The notes under the pieces were generated by a model. That model saw only the letters and a list, made by a program, of their open reading frames with translations. It did no database searches and had not been told where the DNA came from. This document shows, piece by piece, positions 60,453 through 64,000 of a stretch of 64,000 nt of DNA. Origin of the DNA: Macrostomum lignano (Eukaryota); the NCBI GenBank assembly GCA_002269645.1, contig NIVC01000234.1:119687-183686 (forward strand). The letters run 5' to 3'. Numbering within the stretch: the stretch's first letter is position 1; every line of letters begins with the position of its first letter. Made by a program: the position numbers and the translations under genes.

Positions 60453-62143
60453 TCATTCAACGTCAGATACACGTACTTCTTCAGGGAGCTGCTTTTCTGA
60501 GCCTTGAATATCTTTGCGTTTTCCTTGCGGATCACCCAACTGCTGAGCGCTCGATACTTTGGTCTTCTTCCTGCCAAAGGAGGCGATGTCGAAGATGAGC
60601 TCGAACAGCTCGCACAGGGTGAGCAGAGACATTCCCAGGTAGATGCCCATGATGCCGCCGACGTCCGAGATGAAGTCTGCAAACCGTAGTCGATCGAGAA
60701 GTTCATCCGATCGCACAGAACTCGATGCGGCTTGAAGTGCACTTTGAGCATGTTGCTGCGGATGTATGAGGACACGATCGACTCGTTTCCGTTCACGACG
60801 AGGTCGAGAGCCGGAACACTCAGATTCTTAGACTTGGCCCTCATCCAAACAGGTTCGATGGAGCTGCTGACGAACGGCATCATTGAGCTCTGAGTGGGCC
60901 AGTCGGAACTGGAGATGGTCGCGCTGTACTGCAGTGTGCTGCAAAGTCGCTTAGCTTTACATGCTTCTTTCGATATTCCGTCGAACTGAGTGGTGAGAGG
61001 TTCCAGAGATGGGTCGCTAAAAAATACCAAGAAGTTTGGATCACCTGTAAGGTTAAGTGCGAACTTCTTTCCACGCAGAGGCCACGGAAGAGGACCGGCA
61101 TCGCTTGACAGATTGACGAGCTGCTGCATCTGTCGGTGGAACTCGTAGTAGAAGCAGTACGAGTAGCTGTACGAGTGCTTGTATGGAGTCTCGTCGTACG
61201 GGTTCACGAACTGAACGTCCGGCGGGTCGCTCAGACAGTCGAACTGACCAGCCTTGTACACCTGCTGCGTCATGTCGATCTCGACGGTGTGGGACTTTCC
61301 GGGTCCAAGCGAGAACGAGCTCACGAAATCGGACGGATACTCACCTGGAGGCGTGAGGAACACTTTCACACCTGCTTGTCTGTCGGGTCCGTTGTAGTCG
61401 GCGACATCGAGCGACCAGTCGGACACAGGAATGAGAGTTCGTCCTGCGTACACCATCTTGCGGATCGAGTGTCCGCTCGATGCGAGTCCTTGGAACGCCG
61501 AGTCCGTAACCAGGGTGACCACAATGCCGGATGATGAGCCGGTCTGTTCAATCTGTTGTTGCCACGTGCTGTTCAGAGTCCACTTGAGACAGCGCAAGTA
61601 CATCGGATGGTAGAAGGTCTGCGCTTCGATGGGCGCATACTGGGCCATTCCAAATAGCTTAAACTTGAAGTCACTCGTGATGATGCTCTGTTCGTTTCGG
61701 TGAGCCAGAGCATCAATCAACAGCTGATATGATATTGACTGAGGATAAGCACGGGATAGCCTCATTTCTTGGGGTGTAGTTTCTGTTAATCCGTTTATTT
61801 GCAATCCCCGCCGTAGGACGGTTTGAGAGCTATTGAGCTGATCGTTGATTGCAGCAGCCGATGCCTCATCAATAGTAGCAGAGTAGCTGCCAGAGATCGG
61901 GTTCTCGAAACAGGCGTACACATCCGGGAACTGGAAGTTGAGACTGTTTCCATCAAGCGAGCTGGTGACCTGCCGAGACTGCAGCTTGACAACGAATTGG
62001 TAGAATCCGTAAAAGAAGAGTCCCGACATCAGCAGCATCAGGATGAGCCAGAAAGCTCGCACAACCAACGGTTTGCTGCTCACTACTCTGGGCAGTCCGT
62101 GCGCTGAGGTGGAAGACATGGCTTCCTTGATCGGCTGCAGCAT
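60453..62143 (-). CDS. DEG/ENaC (amiloride-sensitive Na+ channel family) subunit, intronless, paralog 1
   Basis: Pre-TM1 STSAHGLPRV (HG motif); TM1 FWLILMLLMSGLFFYGFYQF; FPDVYAC; GVKVFL; TM2 DFISDVGGIMGIYLGMSLLTLCELFE (GxS filter). One 1-bp deletion near 60677 (gtctgc vs gtcctgc in paralog 2) shifts TM2 into ORF 60453-60716. Confidence 0.9.
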
Positions 62144-62955
62144 AAATGTTTCTGGTTGCAGTTTCTGGGTTCCAGATTTAGTCTCGCATTTACTGCTCGT
62201 AGAGAAGTTTTAGGTCGACAAACTTATCAGCATGTATTTATACAACGATACTGTACTGCATTTCTAGGATAGCAAGTCTGAGTGGCGATTCCCATTATTA
62301 CGAGCGAAGATTTCTGAATCGCTTCTAGACTTGCTTTTCCACAATGGACTGTCAAGGGCCTTTATGTATTGGCCAGGTCTGGATGCGTTTTCATTTTGGT
62401 TAATTGATTAATTAATGTGGTCCCCTTGTCGAGTATCTATGCCATTGTTAGCAGCTTGATTGTGCCCAGTCCGAAAGCAGTAGACTGCTTGAGTGGTTAT
62501 AGGTACTTTGGATATTTTTGGCACAAAATACACCCTAGTTTCCATTCCATTTCGATGCCCTACAAATATAGTACTTTTCACTGGATTGCTGTCCACTGAG
62601 AGAAATAACTCAGCAAACATGGTATTGTGCTTCAGACCCACTTTATATAATTAGTATTTGTGACCGCTCCGCCAACCGTCAATTATCAAATAAAGAGAGC
62701 AAAAATTATTCCAGAGAGACATATCTGGTATTTCTACACACAAATCTATATTCTTGTATATATATGAAGGCTAAGACTAATCTTATCTCGTACTTGTCTA
62801 CCAATAGAGAACAATTGTCAGATGCAGGTAGCCACTGGGAAAATAATTGGCTATTGTCAACGCTAAACATTCGCACTCACATGTACGTGAACAGTAAAAT
62901 TTACTCAAGAGTCAAAGCTTTATTGCACAATGGATACGTTGCTGCTGATGTTTAA

Positions 62956-64000
62956 TTATTCGGGAAGATCTCTTGACGATTGATGATTAGTCAATGCTGC
63001 CACACCAATCTTGTTTGTTACTCCACTTGTGTTCGAAGGTCTCCATTTTTTTAAGCTGACTGAGACGATGTCGAAGATAAGCTCGAACAGCTCGCACAGG
63101 GTGAGCAGAGACATTCCCAGGTAGATGCCCATGATGCCGCCGACGTCCGAGATGAAGTCCTGCAAACCGTAGTCGATCGAGAAGTTCATGCGATCGCACA
63201 GAACTCGATGCGGCTTGAAGTGCACTTTGAGCATGTTGCTGCGGATGTATGATGACACGATCGACTCGTTTCCGTTCACGACGAGGTCGAGAGCCGGAAC
63301 ACTCAGATTCTTAGAGTTGGCCCTCATCCAAACAGGTTCGATGGAGCTGCTGACGAACGGCATCATTGAGCTCTGAGTGGGCCAGTCGGAACTGGAGATG
63401 GTCGCGCTGTACTGCAGTGTGCTGCAAGGCTTCTTGGTTTTACATTTAGCGTTTGTTACTTTAGCAAACTGCTCCATGTTATAATTTGCTTTGTAAAATA
63501 TCAAAAAGTTTGGCTCGTCAGTAAAATTCGTGACGAACTTTTTTCCACGCAGCGGCCACGGAAGTGGTCCGACAGCGTTTGACAGATTGACGAGCTGCTG
63601 CATCTGTCGGTGGAACTCGTAGTAGAAGCAGTACGAGTAGCTGTACGAGTGCTTGTACGGAGTCTCGTCGTACGGGTTCACGAACTGAACATCAGGCGGG
63701 TCGCTCAGACAGTCGAACTGACCAGCCTTGTACACCTGCTGCGTCATGTCGATCTCGACGGTGTGGGACTTTCCGGGTCCCAGCGAGAACGAGCTCACGA
63801 AGTCGGACGGATACTCACCTGGAGGCGTGAGGAACACTTTCACACCTGCCTGTCTGTCGGGTCCGTTGTAGTCGGCGACATTGAGCGACCAGTCGGACAC
63901 AGGAATGGGAGTTCGTCTGCGTACACCATCTTGCGGATCGAGTGTCCGCTCGATGCGAGTCCTTGGAACGCCGAGTCCGTAACTAGGGTGACCACAATGC
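62956..64000 (-). CDS. DEG/ENaC subunit, paralog 2 (5' end beyond the window)
   Basis: Near-identical tracts to paralog 1; intact TM2 DFISDVGGIMGIYLGMS; different C-tail; one 1-bp indel near 63915. Confidence 0.9.
   Translation of the reverse strand, partial: HCGHPSYGLGVPRTRIERTLDPQDGVRRRTPIPVSDWSLNVADYNGPDRQAGVKVFLTPPGEYPSDFVSSFSLGPGKSHTVEIDMTQQVYKAGQFDCLSDPPDVQFVNPYDETPYKHSYSYSYCFYYEFHRQMQQLVNLSNAVGPLPWPLRGKKFVTNFTDEPNFLIFYKANYNMEQFAKVTNAKCKTKKPCSTLQYSATISSSDWPTQSSMMPFVSSSIEPVWMRANSKNLSVPALDLVVNGNESIVSSYIRSNMLKVHFKPHRVLCDRMNFSIDYGLQDFISDVGGIMGIYLGMSLLTLCELFELIFDIVSVSLKKWRPSNTSGVTNKIGVAALTNHQSSRDLPE

Noticed and set aside
60660-60690. DEG/ENaC paralog 1 as a pseudogene or TM2-less variant
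   Set aside because: A single C loss in a CC run matches the error pattern seen across the window, and the downstream TM2 frame is fully conserved.

Overview
Eukaryotic (metazoan) genomic DNA. By inference it resembles a free-living flatworm such as Macrostomum: GC-rich exons, minisatellite-filled introns, and many 1-bp homopolymer indels typical of a long-read consensus. 1-23 kb holds four host genes. One is the last three exons of an unannotated Cys-rich, probably GPI-anchored protein (+). The other three form a co-oriented minus-strand housekeeping cluster: PDXDC1, ECHS1 and a PRA1-family (ARL6IP5/PRAF2-like) gene. Every intron holds its own minisatellite, and two tRNA-derived CORE-type SINEs sit just upstream of two start codons. 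27.7-56.7 kb is a nested TE pile. A 5'-truncated RTE/RTE-X-like LINE is split exactly at an A^T dinucleotide by a 12.8-kb head-to-tail concatemer of a non-autonomous, satellite-carrying Helitron. Next comes a near-intact 4.66-kb Ty3/Gypsy element, and a ~9-kb tandem duplication (possibly an assembly artefact) repeats part of all three. 57.9-64 kb holds a 34-bp palindromic minimal hAT element, a decayed piggyBac, and two tandem intronless DEG/ENaC channel genes with a patchwork identity pattern and a strongly reduced Cys-rich thumb. Most long ORFs in the supplied track over the tandem arrays are spurious. No prokaryotic systems or CRISPR arrays are present.
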